A DNA stretch of 64,000 bases, taken from the NCBI GenBank assembly GCA_013374835.1, contig CP055307.1:471315-535314 (forward strand). The letters are read 5' to 3'. How positions within the stretch are numbered: the first letter of the stretch is position 1; every line of letters starts with the position of its first letter. Positions 37,848 through 48,998 of this stretch are shown piece after piece. The DNA is from Candidatus Woesebacteria bacterium. Its GTDB lineage: Bacteria > Patescibacteriota > Microgenomatia > UBA8517. A model generated the notes under the pieces. That model did not search any database and was not told where the DNA came from. It saw only the letters and a list, made by a program, of their open reading frames with translations. Both the position numbers and the translations under genes were made by a program.

Positions 37848-38502
37848 AGTTTTCTTTCTTCCATTTTTCTATTTCAGCGTGGTTGCCGGAGAGTAGGACT
37901 TCCGGGATCATCCAGCCTTTGTAGCTTTGGGGTCTTGTGTATTGGGGGTATTCAAAATGTTTAATGTCTAATGGCCGATTGTTTATTGAGAATGATTCTT
38001 CTCTTAGTGATTCCGGGTCAATTACTCCCGGAATGAGGCGGGTGACCGCATCGGTTAACACCATTGCGGGTAGCTCGCCTCCTGTTAGTATATAATCTCC
38101 GATTGAAATAACTTCATCTACTAAATGTTCATGCACTCTATGGTCAACTCCCTCATAGTGGCCTGCTATCAATATCAGGTGCTTTGTCTTTGAGAGTTTT
38201 TGGGCTAATTTTTGGTTAAATGTTTTTCCGACGGCATCGAGGAGTATGGTTTTTGGTTTATGGCTTTTAGCTTTTAATTTGAGCTCATGAAGAGCAGTGT
38301 CGATTACGTCCACTTTAAGGATCATACCCGCGCCTCCTCCGAATGGCCTGTCATCAACTGTTTTATGCTTATCCTTTGCCCAGTTTCTGAGATTGTGGAT
38401 ATTTATTTTAATTAAATTTTTTTCTTGAGCCCTTTTTATAATTGACTCTTCAAAAGGTCCTTTGAACATATTTGGGAAAAGAGTGATTATGTCTATTTTC
38501 AT
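37822..38502 (-). CDS. trmD: tRNA (guanine37-N1)-methyltransferase
   Basis: TLFP, VDD.PFGGG.GM, GHYEG.D, SIGDY.L.GGE, YTRP. Confidence 0.97.
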   Translation of the reverse strand: MKIDIITLFPNMFKGPFEESIIKRAQEKNLIKINIHNLRNWAKDKHKTVDDRPFGGGAGMILKVDVIDTALHELKLKAKSHKPKTILLDAVGKTFNQKLAQKLSKTKHLILIAGHYEGVDHRVHEHLVDEVISIGDYILTGGELPAMVLTDAVTRLIPGVIDPESLREESFSINNRPLDIKHFEYPQYTRPQSYKGWMIPEVLLSGNHAEIEKWKKENSKPKHLAK

Positions 38503-38539
38503 GTAACTTATAATACTAAAAATAGTTATACTAAGAAAG

Positions 38540-39322
38540 ATGGATCCAAGGAAATATTTTATGCGTTATATTAGGACAGCTCCTTTCTCGCATGCAGTTT
38601 GGAGGGGAATGGAGGCCGGAATATTTGCTGAGTTTGAGAAATTTGTAAAAGGTGACATCCTTGATATAGGTTGTGGTTTTGGTGAATTCGCTGGTATTGT
38701 GTTTAATAATATGGTTGAGGTGGGGATTGATATAAACAAGAAAGATTTAGTTAAAGCAGCTTCTGGAAAAAGTTATAAAAATCTTATTTTGGCTGATGCC
38801 AGAAAGCTTCCTTTTGATGACAATAGTTTTGATTGTGTTGTTTCAATAAGCACTTTAGAGCACATAAAAAAAGTTGATAAAGTGATAGAAGAAGTAGAAA
38901 GGGTGCTTAAAAAGGGCGGCATATTTATATTTAGCGTGCCTACTAATGTTTTGAATAAGCATTTGTTTTTTCCAAGCTTTTTAAGAAAAATTGGTTTAGG
39001 AGAGTTGTCGAATCTATATGTGAAAGTTTTTCATTGGGCTTTTAATCATGAGAATATTTATAGTAAAGAAAAGTGGATGAATAAAATTTTTTCCGGATTT
39101 AAGGTTTTGGACTATCGCGGTACTATAAATATTAATCAAATCAGAATTTTTGAGTTATTTCTTCCTTTGGCGCTTTTAACACAATTTAATCGGAAAATTT
39201 TTGGAAAGAGACTTCTTTTCTCGTTTAAACTTCGGGAAATGATATTTGAGAAAATATTTTCTATTTCTTTGAAGGGTAATTTAACCGATGCGAATGTAAT
39301 TATCTTAGCGACTAAAAAATGA
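38540..39322 (+). CDS. Class I SAM-dependent methyltransferase
   Basis: ILDIGCGFG, LPF..FD, LEH. Confidence 0.9.
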   Translation: MDPRKYFMRYIRTAPFSHAVWRGMEAGIFAEFEKFVKGDILDIGCGFGEFAGIVFNNMVEVGIDINKKDLVKAASGKSYKNLILADARKLPFDDNSFDCVVSISTLEHIKKVDKVIEEVERVLKKGGIFIFSVPTNVLNKHLFFPSFLRKIGLGELSNLYVKVFHWAFNHENIYSKEKWMNKIFSGFKVLDYRGTININQIRIFELFLPLALLTQFNRKIFGKRLLFSFKLREMIFEKIFSISLKGNLTDANVIILATKK

Positions 39323-40158
39323 AAGTTTCAAAGTGCAGGATTTGCGGGTCTGATAATTTAGCTTTAGTTTATAGCAATCAAAAATATAAAATATTTAAAT
39401 GCTTATTGTGTGGTTTTGGGGTTTTAATGCCTTATCTGAAAATAAAAAAGGCGCATTTGATTTACCAAGAGAATTATTTTTTGGACAAGAAGGAAAACTA
39501 TTATCTTTCGGACGCTAAGCGTAAATACAGCAAAGCGAAGAAATATTTTCGCAAGGGAGGGAAGGTGCTAGATTACGGATGCGGGCTTGGTGACTTTATA
39601 GGAGAATGTAAGAGAAGAGATAAAAGCTTAAGTCTTTTTGGATTTGATATTTCTAGATATGCATCTGTCATTACCTCAAAGAATTATAACGTTGAAGTAA
39701 AAACAGGTATTTTATCAAAGAATTTATATAGACAATCATTTTTTGATACTATCGTTTCCTTTGATGTTATTGAGCATGTACCCAATTTTGAAGACTTGTT
39801 AGTCAAATTCAACTTCTGGTTAAAAGAAGGTGGTTATTTGCTACTTACTACACCCAATATTGAAAACTGGGATGCGAAAATCTTAGGTAGGTGGTGGTAT
39901 GGTTATTCGAAAATTCCAGAGCATATTAATTATTTTTCAAAAAAGTCTTTAAGGATGCTTCTTGAGAGAAATGGCTTCGAAGTGCTCGAAATAAAAACTT
40001 GGGGTTTTACTAGAAGTCTAGATTTTTATTTATTTAAAGTTTTCGGGATGTTTAGTCTCTCAAAAATAGGCTTGAGCAATATTGGCAAGATCAATATTTT
40101 TTTGCCTATGGTAGACGTCTTTGTGGCAGCAAAAAAAATTGGAGACAAAAATGAGTGA
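39319..40158 (+). CDS. Class I SAM methyltransferase with N-terminal Zn ribbon
   Basis: CRIC/CLLC, LDYGCG, DVIEH, TTPN. Confidence 0.9.
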   Translation: MKVSKCRICGSDNLALVYSNQKYKIFKCLLCGFGVLMPYLKIKKAHLIYQENYFLDKKENYYLSDAKRKYSKAKKYFRKGGKVLDYGCGLGDFIGECKRRDKSLSLFGFDISRYASVITSKNYNVEVKTGILSKNLYRQSFFDTIVSFDVIEHVPNFEDLLVKFNFWLKEGGYLLLTTPNIENWDAKILGRWWYGYSKIPEHINYFSKKSLRMLLERNGFEVLEIKTWGFTRSLDFYLFKVFGMFSLSKIGLSNIGKINIFLPMVDVFVAAKKIGDKNE

Positions 40159-41758
40159 AAGAATTTATTGGATTTTTTTTGTATTTTTGGTTGTTTTGTT
40201 CGTTTTCAATCTCTTTATAAATATTTCACATCCACTTTTATGGAATGATGAAGGTGAGACAGTAATGTTTGGGGAGAGGATACTCACTTATGGTTATCCT
40301 AAAGTAAACGACGGAAAAAATATTTTGAATTTAACCGAGGTCCCCGATAAAAATGTTGGAGTGAAAGAGGGTGTAGATGCATGGATACATCTAGGATGGC
40401 TTCAGTATTATGTTTCTGCTTTAGGCGTATTTGTCGCTAGTTTTTTTGACGATCCTTACTTGAAGACTGCTTTTTTAAGGATGCCTTTTGCGTTTTTTGG
40501 TCTTTTGGGTGTTTTTATAAATATTTTACTTATTTTTTTGCTTCCTATTGGAAGGAGGAGTAAACTTTTTGTGTCCTCGTTTTTTATTTTTATTGAGTTG
40601 TTAAGCGTATTTCTTGTTTTACATTTACGTGAGGCTAGACACTATTCACTGACTTACTTTTTGTCGTCTTTAGCCTTTTTTATATATGTGAGGTATAGGT
40701 TTTTTGGAAAAAACAAAAAAACTTATTTTTTAATTTTGCCTTTTGTGTTGGTTTTTCTTTTCAACTCTTTCTTTCCTGTTTTTATAACAGTTAATTTTTA
40801 TTTTTTAATTTACGAGTTTTTTATGTTTTTAATTAGAAAAAACACGATGAAATCTTTTATTCCGCTTATTTTATCGATTATCTTAGTTATTCCATTTTTA
40901 TTTTTTTATGAGGTTTTTTACATTTCGAGCGAGGTTGCGAGGTATTTCGGTAATTCATTTTTTATTTACTTAAAAAATATTATGTTTATATTTGAGTTTT
41001 TATTTAGGGAGGAGTTTTTAATCCTGCTTTTTGTTGTAAAGATTTTTATTTTTTTTCTTGCGGCTGATGATTTTTGGTGGTTCTACAAAAAAAATAAATT
41101 ATTTCAAATTTCATTTTTTTTGACTGGTTATTTTTTGTTTTTTTTATTGGTAATTGCAAAGATGCCTTACCAGTTTGAGAGATATTTGGTATCTTTACAA
41201 CCCATCATTGCGATGACTATCGTTTTGGATTTTTTGATTCTTTATAGAGCCATCTCCAAAAAAGGCGGCACGTTAAAACATTTCTTGTTATTTGTTTTTC
41301 CCCTTTTTTTAATCTGCAATATATTTAAAGTAGGTAATTTAACTGGTAGGATTTATGAATTGACCCACGAATATCAAGGTCCGGTTGATTATATTGTTTC
41401 ATATATAAAAGATAAGTACGAGAATACAGATAATCTTGTAATAGCAACGAATTATGAAGAGCATGTATTGATGTACTACCTTGGAAGTCGTGTAATTGTG
41501 GGATATGTAGGGAATAATATTGAGAAGGATTCATTGGAAAAGCCTGATATTGTGATTCCAAGAAGAGGTAGACCAAATTACAAAAAGGTGCTTTATGATT
41601 TTTTAAATAAGTGGGACTATGAAGAAGTAAAACTTCCAGTATATGACTATTCCTACAATAATATACCCGAGCTTACACTTTTTTACCCACATCTATTTAA
41701 GACAAAGCTTCCAGAATCTAGAGACGATTATCTTACTTTTTATATACTTAAAGAATGA
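40151..41758 (+). CDS. GT-C membrane glycosyltransferase
   Basis: Multi-TM; LWNDE, EARHYS. Confidence 0.75.
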   Translation: MSERIYWIFFVFLVVLFVFNLFINISHPLLWNDEGETVMFGERILTYGYPKVNDGKNILNLTEVPDKNVGVKEGVDAWIHLGWLQYYVSALGVFVASFFDDPYLKTAFLRMPFAFFGLLGVFINILLIFLLPIGRRSKLFVSSFFIFIELLSVFLVLHLREARHYSLTYFLSSLAFFIYVRYRFFGKNKKTYFLILPFVLVFLFNSFFPVFITVNFYFLIYEFFMFLIRKNTMKSFIPLILSIILVIPFLFFYEVFYISSEVARYFGNSFFIYLKNIMFIFEFLFREEFLILLFVVKIFIFFLAADDFWWFYKKNKLFQISFFLTGYFLFFLLVIAKMPYQFERYLVSLQPIIAMTIVLDFLILYRAISKKGGTLKHFLLFVFPLFLICNIFKVGNLTGRIYELTHEYQGPVDYIVSYIKDKYENTDNLVIATNYEEHVLMYYLGSRVIVGYVGNNIEKDSLEKPDIVIPRRGRPNYKKVLYDFLNKWDYEEVKLPVYDYSYNNIPELTLFYPHLFKTKLPESRDDYLTFYILKE

Positions 41759-43284
41759 TTGGAGAATTAAAGAGGATAAGATCAAGAGAATGGTTTTTAA
41801 TAATTTTTTCTTTTTGTCTTTTATTTGCTTTTAGATATAACAGCTTTAACTCACCATTTGAAAGAGATGAGGGAGAGTATGCATATTCCGCGTGGATTTT
41901 GAAAAATGGCGGTACTTTGTATAAAGATGCCTTTTTACAAAAGCCGCCCATGGTTGTTTATACTTATTTGGCTGCTCAGATGATATTTGGTGACAATGTT
42001 TGGGCGCCGCGATTAATTGCTTTTATTTTTTTAATATTAACACAGGTCACTATCGGATTGATCGCTTTGAGGATTTATGGGGGAGGTTCTGCCGCTATTT
42101 CTATGATTGTTTTTTCCATACTGTCCAATTTTCCACCACTAATGCCCTTTGCTGCGAATACCGAGATTTTTATGATTCTTCCCATAAGCCTTATTCTTTA
42201 TTTTTATGTTTTATATAAGGATGGACTAAATATTTTTTATTTTGTAATAGCTGGCTCGTTATCTGCAGCCGGTATATTTTATAAGCCTATTTGTATCGGA
42301 GCGATTTTGTTTATAGTTTTTTACTGGTTATATGAGATTTATAAAAAGGATCGCCGGCTATTGGATATTTTTGAACCCGCTTTCTTTTTTTGGTTTTCTT
42401 TTATTTTGGCTAGTATTGTTATTTTACTTCCTTTGATAAAAAGCGGGGCGTTTCCGTATTTTTGGAAGCAAGTTGTTTATTATAACTCTTTGTACGCAAA
42501 AGCCTATGGATTTGGGTTGTCAAACTTTTTTATACAGTTAAAGCCTTTTATAAAATATCAATGGGCGGGATTATCCTTGATCTTTATTTCATTTTTTATT
42601 CCTTGGCCTAAAAGAAGCTATTTTCTGTTTTTAGTATTTATAAGTTTATTAACTATTTATCAGTCTCCAATAGGTCATTATTATTTGATTTTGACGCCCT
42701 TTTTGGCCATAGTAATTTCTAAGGCAATTGATGAGATTTCGGAAAAATTTGAGATTAATTATATTTATTTGGGAAGCATATATGTGCTTTTTTCTATATT
42801 ACCTTTTCGTGAACAGTTTTTTATGACACCCAGTGAAATAAATACTTGGGTTTACGGCACAGCAAATCCTTTTATTGAAGCATATGAAATTAGAAAAAAG
42901 ATAATTGAAAATTCAAATCCCGAAGACAAAATCCTTATTGCTGGATCTGAACCAGAGATTCTTTATTATTCTAAAAGAATGAGCGCAAGCAGATTTGTTA
43001 TTGTTTATCCTCTAATAATTGACACAAAAGAGGCAGAAAATTATAGGGAAGAGTTTATATCTGAAATTGAAAGAAAACCAAAGCTTATAGTCTATTCGAA
43101 CATGGATCACAGCGGATTTATCGGGGATGCTGATCTTGACGATGTGCGAAGCTTGGTCAATGATTTAATAGAGAAAGACTACGATTTTGTCGGCGGTTAT
43201 TATTGGCAGAATGGTAAACTTCGCTGGATAAGTGAAGACGTTGAAAGGCGATATTTGAGCCTCGTTTTGTATAAAAGAAAATGA
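41755..43284 (+). CDS. ArnT/PMT-like GT-C glycosyltransferase
   Basis: RDEGEY, QKPP, NTE; multi-TM. Confidence 0.8.
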   Translation: MIGELKRIRSREWFLIIFSFCLLFAFRYNSFNSPFERDEGEYAYSAWILKNGGTLYKDAFLQKPPMVVYTYLAAQMIFGDNVWAPRLIAFIFLILTQVTIGLIALRIYGGGSAAISMIVFSILSNFPPLMPFAANTEIFMILPISLILYFYVLYKDGLNIFYFVIAGSLSAAGIFYKPICIGAILFIVFYWLYEIYKKDRRLLDIFEPAFFFWFSFILASIVILLPLIKSGAFPYFWKQVVYYNSLYAKAYGFGLSNFFIQLKPFIKYQWAGLSLIFISFFIPWPKRSYFLFLVFISLLTIYQSPIGHYYLILTPFLAIVISKAIDEISEKFEINYIYLGSIYVLFSILPFREQFFMTPSEINTWVYGTANPFIEAYEIRKKIIENSNPEDKILIAGSEPEILYYSKRMSASRFVIVYPLIIDTKEAENYREEFISEIERKPKLIVYSNMDHSGFIGDADLDDVRSLVNDLIEKDYDFVGGYYWQNGKLRWISEDVERRYLSLVLYKRK

Positions 43285-44906
43285 ATAATTTTAAGCTATC
43301 CAATTTAAATGTAGCATTAATCATTTTTTCACTGGGATTCGCAGTTTATTTTCAAACTCTTTTTTTTGGATTTACTTATTTAGATGACAATGTACTTATC
43401 CTTGATAACTTATTTTTTCTTAAGAATTTGGGAAATATTTTTAATGCTTTTAAGCTGGAAGTGTTTCATATACTTCACTCATCAGCAGCTTATTATCGCC
43501 CAATTTTGACGATTTCGTTTATTCTGGATGCACAGCTGTCGGGGGAGAGTGCTTTTTTTTATCATCTTACTAACGTTTTTATCCATTTAGTTGCCAGTTT
43601 CGGAGTTTTTTTGTTTTTTACGAGCATAGGGTATAAGAGAGTTTTATCATTTTCGGCAGGAATTTTATTTCTTGTTCATCCAGTTCTTGTACAGGCCGTT
43701 GCCTGGATACCGGGGAGGAATGATTCTTTGCTGTCTTTATTTGTTATTTATTCTTTTTATTTTTTGATTCGGTATATAAAAGAGAGTAAAAGTAGATTTT
43801 TGATTTTATATTTTCTTTTTTATTTTTTTGCTATTTTTACAAAAGAATCGGCTGTGCTTTTTCCTTTCGCAGCAGTTTTTTACTTAATAATTTTAAAAAA
43901 GGAGAAAGTTATTTCGGATAATATTTTCAAAATTTTTTTGGGTACTTTTTTTATATTCTTGGTTTGGATTTATTTGAGATCCGCTGCATTAGTGAACCCA
44001 GTCCGCTATGATTTGGCAACCTCTTTGTTTGCTATTTTTGAAAACAAGCTTGCTATTTTTCTTTATATTGGTAAAATTTTTTTGCCAATTAATTTAACCA
44101 CCCTCCCCGTACTTTCGGATTCTAATTTACTGATTGGGCTGTTTACTACCTCTATTTTTTTAGCAATAAGCCTTTACTTTGGTAGAAAAAGTTTGGGAAC
44201 GGTTTTTTTTGGTTATTTTTGGTTTCTTCTTTTTTTGTTGCCGTCGTTTATAAGGCCTAACACTGAGTACGTCTCTGATTTTATAGAGCATCGTGTTTAT
44301 CTTCCTATTATTGGTATTTTTTGGATTTTGCTTGAGGTTTATAGATTAAATGAGAAGAAAATATCCCCGAAAGTTATAAAGGTGGTTTTATATATTGTGA
44401 TGATTTTTTTTATTGCCATTACGATTGTTCATTCGAGAAATTACATAAACGGCATTACTTTTTGGGAAAAAGCAGCTTTGGATTCTCCAAGCCATCCTTT
44501 GGCTCATAAAAATTTGGGTGCAATGTATTACCTTAATAACGATTTAGAAAAGGCCGAGAAATCATTTTTAAGAGCTCTGGAAGTTTATGAGTATGAAAAG
44601 ATGGTTCACAATAATCTAGCGCTTATTTATATGAAAAGAGGGGAGACTGAAAAAGCGGCATTAGAGTTTGAGCGTGAGCTTGAAATAAACCCTTATTATG
44701 ACAATGCTTATTATAATTACGGCAATTTGTATTATTCAAAGGGGGAGCGGGAAAGGGCGTTTGAAATGTGGTCGCGCGCTCTTAAGATTAACCCTGATCA
44801 TACGGGGGCTTTAAGAAATATATTTGGCTATTATACAGAAAATGGGGATTATGAGAAAGCGAAGTATTATTATAATGAACTTATTAAACGCGGTGTGAAA
44901 CCATAA
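43281..44906 (+). CDS. TMTC-like GT-C glycosyltransferase with TPRs
   Basis: F.YLDD, YYRP, HPV..AV.WI.GR, KE, HRVYLP, C-terminal TPRs. Confidence 0.85.
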   Translation: MNNFKLSNLNVALIIFSLGFAVYFQTLFFGFTYLDDNVLILDNLFFLKNLGNIFNAFKLEVFHILHSSAAYYRPILTISFILDAQLSGESAFFYHLTNVFIHLVASFGVFLFFTSIGYKRVLSFSAGILFLVHPVLVQAVAWIPGRNDSLLSLFVIYSFYFLIRYIKESKSRFLILYFLFYFFAIFTKESAVLFPFAAVFYLIILKKEKVISDNIFKIFLGTFFIFLVWIYLRSAALVNPVRYDLATSLFAIFENKLAIFLYIGKIFLPINLTTLPVLSDSNLLIGLFTTSIFLAISLYFGRKSLGTVFFGYFWFLLFLLPSFIRPNTEYVSDFIEHRVYLPIIGIFWILLEVYRLNEKKISPKVIKVVLYIVMIFFIAITIVHSRNYINGITFWEKAALDSPSHPLAHKNLGAMYYLNNDLEKAEKSFLRALEVYEYEKMVHNNLALIYMKRGETEKAALEFERELEINPYYDNAYYNYGNLYYSKGERERAFEMWSRALKINPDHTGALRNIFGYYTENGDYEKAKYYYNELIKRGVKP

Positions 44907-44930
44907 TGAAAATTGTGATAAACTAGTTTT

Positions 44931-45500
44931 ATGTTTAAAGAATTGAAAGAAAATTATTTTCTTAGACTTTTATGGATTTTCTCGAGACCTTATCATCTTT
45001 TTGAAGATTTAAGGGGAGATTTGGGAATTCGCCAGAGCGTGCTATTTTTTGTATTTGTTTCTGTCTTGAGTTTTTTGTTGTCGATTTTTGATATTTTGAT
45101 CATAAGACCAATTCTTTCTTATTACGTTCCTCAAATTTACCCCGAGTTTGAACTAGGCCTTAGTTGGTTTATGTTGCCTTCTTATTTGATAGCCAGTATT
45201 ATTTTATTTGTTAGTCTTTTTTTGTATTCAGGGATTTTATACTTAATTTTTAAGCTTTACAAGAGAGGTGAAGATTATTCTTTGGCCTTAAAAATATTTG
45301 TTTATTCACAGACCCCTTTTATTCTTTTTAGATTTATTCCTAATATAAATATTGTAACGATAATTTATTCCTTTGTGCTCCAGATATTGGCGGTTAAAAA
45401 GTTTATGAAGGTTAGTCTGAGAAAATCTCTTCTCATCAATTTTTCATATCTGGCTTTGGTTGCTGCTTTTATATTGTTGAATATTTATATAGATATATAA
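44931..45500 (+). CDS. Yip1-like membrane protein
   Basis: P...F pattern, YS.TP, five TM segments. Confidence 0.65.
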   Translation: MFKELKENYFLRLLWIFSRPYHLFEDLRGDLGIRQSVLFFVFVSVLSFLLSIFDILIIRPILSYYVPQIYPEFELGLSWFMLPSYLIASIILFVSLFLYSGILYLIFKLYKRGEDYSLALKIFVYSQTPFILFRFIPNINIVTIIYSFVLQILAVKKFMKVSLRKSLLINFSYLALVAAFILLNIYIDI

Positions 45501-45512
45501 AAAAATCATTAA

Positions 45513-46640
45513 ATGGAAAAAATTGTAATTATAATGCCAACATATAATGAGTCTGAGAATATTGGACCAATGATTCACGAACTTTTTGAAAAGGAATTCC
45601 CAAGGATTAAGAATGCCTCAATGCATTTATTGGTTGTTGACGATAATTCGCCTGACGGGACGGGAGAGATTGTGAAGGAGGCGTCAAAGAAATATAAAAA
45701 TCTCCATTTGCTTTCGGGACAAAAGCAGGGTCTTGGAATGGCTTATGTGAGAGGTATGAAATATGCGATGAAAAAGCTTTCAGCAGACGCTGTTATTGAG
45801 ATGGACGCAGATTTTCAACACCCGCCAAAATTTGTAAAACCCATGGTTGAAGCTTATTTAAATGGAGCAGACTACGTCATTGGATCGCGCTATATTCCTG
45901 GCGGATCTGTACCTAAGGAGTGGGCAATACATAGAAGAGCTATAAGCTATTTGGGTAATTTATTTATACGTTTTGTGCTTTTGAAGCCAAGATTGCACGA
46001 CCTTACAACGGGTTTTAGGCTGACTAAAGTAAAGGGTGTCTTGGATAAGATTGAGCTTGATAATTTAATGGAATTGAAGCGTTTTGCCTATAAGGTAGAT
46101 TTGCTTTATCAATCTGTTAAGAATGCTAAGAAAGTAAAGGAAGTACCTCTACAATTTGCTCCAAGAACAAAAGAGGCGTCAAAATTCAGCATGAAAGAGA
46201 TGGTTTCTACTTTTAAGGTAGCGATTATTCTTGGTATTAAGGATAAAATCAGATTTTTAAAATTCGCAACCGTTGGTTTTGTGGGTTTTGTTGTCAATTT
46301 TTTGTTTTTGCGTGTATTTAGATCGATAGGACTCGGCGAAGTATTTGTTTGGTTAATGGCAACAGAGATGGCGATAATCAGTAATTATACTTTTAACAAT
46401 ATATGGACTTTTAAGGAGGCGAAGATATCGGGATTTGTTACAACTGCTAAGAAGTTTTTGCAGTTCAACCTGACTTCTGCCGGGGCACTTATTATTCAAT
46501 CAGTATTTGGTCCTTTAGGAGTAAGGGTAGTTGGTGAGAGATATGATTATCTAGTTCTTGCTTTTGTAGTTGCTTTCATGGTGCTTCCTTACAATTATTT
46601 TATGTATAATGTATTTATTTGGAAGACATGGAAGCCATAA
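45513..46640 (+). CDS. GT2 polyprenol-phosphate mannose synthase-like fused to GtrA domain
   Basis: PTYNE, VDDNSPDGT, MDADFQH; C-terminal RFLKFATVG..NYTFN..WTF. Confidence 0.9.
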   Translation: MEKIVIIMPTYNESENIGPMIHELFEKEFPRIKNASMHLLVVDDNSPDGTGEIVKEASKKYKNLHLLSGQKQGLGMAYVRGMKYAMKKLSADAVIEMDADFQHPPKFVKPMVEAYLNGADYVIGSRYIPGGSVPKEWAIHRRAISYLGNLFIRFVLLKPRLHDLTTGFRLTKVKGVLDKIELDNLMELKRFAYKVDLLYQSVKNAKKVKEVPLQFAPRTKEASKFSMKEMVSTFKVAIILGIKDKIRFLKFATVGFVGFVVNFLFLRVFRSIGLGEVFVWLMATEMAIISNYTFNNIWTFKEAKISGFVTTAKKFLQFNLTSAGALIIQSVFGPLGVRVVGERYDYLVLAFVVAFMVLPYNYFMYNVFIWKTWKP

Positions 46641-47491
46641 GTCCCAGAGAACGGGAAATGGCCTTTTATGAAAGTGTGGTTGGAGAGTATTTAAGATACG
46701 GATCTGTTGACGAGGTTTTTAAAAGGCATAATTGGGATTTGCCCATTTCATACCCCGGTTTCCACAAGCTTCTTGATTCTTGGGGGGTGGTAAAATCAGT
46801 TGGGCCTAATAATTCCATGGGAGAAGCGATTGCTTTTCTTGAAATGCTTTCCCGCGAGAAAATTCCTTTAGAAAGACTCTATAAAAGCCTTCCACCAAGT
46901 TTTCAAACTTCAATAGCTACTATGTATCGGATTCTTGATTGTGTTAAACGTGGGGTTGCTAGAAGATATGCAACTTGTCTTGTTGTTACTCCATTTGACG
47001 ATCCAGATCAGATATTGGTAGCGCAAGATGTTTCTACTCCTCGATTTGAGTTTGGTAAGTTTTATGGCGCCTTAACCCTCCCAATGACTTTTTCTAAAAA
47101 GAACGAGTCTTATGAACGCTCAATTACTCGAGTGCTGCAGCAGGAGGTTTTTTCTCTGGATGTTGTTAAGAAAAATTTTTCCTATGAAAAAGTTCATCAA
47201 GGTGTTGAACTTTTTTGTAGATTCAGTTTGATTGATTTGAGCGTTTCTGTTTATTCTGTTAAACTCTCTCGTGAGTATTCCGATTTATCAGGATTTAGCA
47301 GTTTTAAGCTAAAAGATTTTAACTTTATGACTTCCAAAAATATCTTGGAGCAAAAGCATTTGTTTCGTGCGGGAGTAGCAGAAGTTGTGTCTGTTTATAA
47401 AGATATATTAGAGGATGTGGTTGAGGAATTTTCGTATCCTATTAATGCGATTTCACAATTAAATCAGGATCTTGCTTTAGCCTTTTTTTGA
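46619..47491 (+). CDS. Hypothetical protein (possible HTH plus degenerate NUDIX-like domain)
   Basis: LP......NES....ITRVLQQEV resembles a degenerate NUDIX box. Confidence 0.5.
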   Translation: MEDMEAISPREREMAFYESVVGEYLRYGSVDEVFKRHNWDLPISYPGFHKLLDSWGVVKSVGPNNSMGEAIAFLEMLSREKIPLERLYKSLPPSFQTSIATMYRILDCVKRGVARRYATCLVVTPFDDPDQILVAQDVSTPRFEFGKFYGALTLPMTFSKKNESYERSITRVLQQEVFSLDVVKKNFSYEKVHQGVELFCRFSLIDLSVSVYSVKLSREYSDLSGFSSFKLKDFNFMTSKNILEQKHLFRAGVAEVVSVYKDILEDVVEEFSYPINAISQLNQDLALAFF

Positions 47492-47722
47492 ACTAAATTC
47501 ATACCTACCAAACGGTGTGAAATAAGTAGTGATTTCAATTTCTCCTGGATTTTCGCGTGTTTCTGTTCTTACATATTTAGCGACAAGTATATTAACTCTA
47601 GATGTGTGTTTGCCGCAGGTACTTGGTGCAATCCCCCCTCCGTGTCCGTTAATGACAACTTCGGCGTTTTTGTTTTCGAAGCCAAATTTTTCTTGTGGAC
47701 TTCTTTTATCTCTTTCTGACAT
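47477..47722 (-). CDS. Small hypothetical protein
   Basis: ATG 47722 with an AT-rich -10-like sequence upstream. Confidence 0.55.
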   Translation of the reverse strand: MSERDKRSPQEKFGFENKNAEVVINGHGGGIAPSTCGKHTSRVNILVAKYVRTETRENPGEIEITTYFTPFGRYEFSSKKG

Positions 47723-47757
47723 TAATTTATTATATTTTCGTAATATTTTCAAAAACT

Positions 47758-48912
47758 CTACAAATATGGAGTCCAGTCGGGGATAGGCATGGCATTATTG
47801 GATATAAATGCAAGGGCAAAAAGGTATATTGGGATCATTACAAGAAAGAGGGCAATCTTAAATTCCTTTTTGCTTAGAGTATCGGTAAATGCCAGTATAA
47901 GAAAGGGGAAAATCGGTGAGGCATATCTCATAATATCCCTGTGGGATACGAAGAATATTGAAAAAAGAAAGACACCTGTAAACAATGCTAAAACTTTTTC
48001 TTTTTTTGTGAGTTTTATTACCCCCATTATTGAAATAACATAAAGGAATATGATTTCTTCAAGCCAGTGAGTGTTTACCCACGGAGCTTTATAATTGAAC
48101 ACTTGAAATGGCGGGAAGAAGAGATGTATGTTATCTCCCGAATTAAAATAGGCAAAAAAATTGTTAAGAGTTTTTTTGTAGAGTACAAAAATTACTAAAA
48201 GCGATATCGGTATTAGAAAAATATATAGGATGTGTAGGTTTATTTTTTTAAACCATTTTTCTAGGTGAGAAGTTGCAAATTTTTGGAATTCTTTTAGAAA
48301 TAGGTAAAGAAAATATGCTATAAAAAGCAGTATCCCTGGGGATTTTGTTGCTTGTGCCGCTGCGCCCCAGAGGCCAGCTTTGAGATATTTTTCTTTTCTG
48401 AAGTTGTAAATAGATGCAATTATACTTGCGACAAAAAGAGGTTCTGGGGAACCAACAGACTTTAGTATTAGCCATCTTGCCGGAAAAACAGAAAAAACGA
48501 AAGTAAGCCAAATTGCATTTGCTTCTGAATTAGTATCGGATACTAATTTGTAAAAAAAGTATGTTGCTACAACGGATGAGATAAGTGTTACTACAAGCAT
48601 TGAATAAGGATAACCTAAGATGAACGAGAAGGCTTTAATTAACATGGGAAAAAGCGGGAAGTGTGCTGCGAAATATTCGGTAGGAACAGGAACGGAAAAA
48701 GTATTTTTGATGATTTCCGGGTTATAAAAGCTTTTTGCAACTATAATATATAAAGGTCCGTCGTAGTTTGCGACAACAGTTGCCATACCCTCTTTTGGTA
48801 ACGGAACACTCCAGAAGCTTTCAAGTCTCAAGAAAAACGGCAGCCAGATTAGAAGGCTTGGGATTATTGAAAACGCAATAATTGGCAAGAAATTTATTAT
48901 TTTTTTCCTCAT
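47758..48912 (-). CDS. GT-C mannosyltransferase (PIG-V-like)
   Basis: NYDG..Y..VA, AAHFPLFP, SPEPLF. Confidence 0.75.
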   Translation of the reverse strand: MRKKIINFLPIIAFSIIPSLLIWLPFFLRLESFWSVPLPKEGMATVVANYDGPLYIIVAKSFYNPEIIKNTFSVPVPTEYFAAHFPLFPMLIKAFSFILGYPYSMLVVTLISSVVATYFFYKLVSDTNSEANAIWLTFVFSVFPARWLILKSVGSPEPLFVASIIASIYNFRKEKYLKAGLWGAAAQATKSPGILLFIAYFLYLFLKEFQKFATSHLEKWFKKINLHILYIFLIPISLLVIFVLYKKTLNNFFAYFNSGDNIHLFFPPFQVFNYKAPWVNTHWLEEIIFLYVISIMGVIKLTKKEKVLALFTGVFLFSIFFVSHRDIMRYASPIFPFLILAFTDTLSKKEFKIALFLVMIPIYLFALAFISNNAMPIPDWTPYL

Positions 48913-48998
48913 TTAGCTTGATGATATAATTTTTAACCTTTGTATATCAAGAGTGATATATGGAAACAAGTTAATTTATTGTGGTAGACTTTGATTGT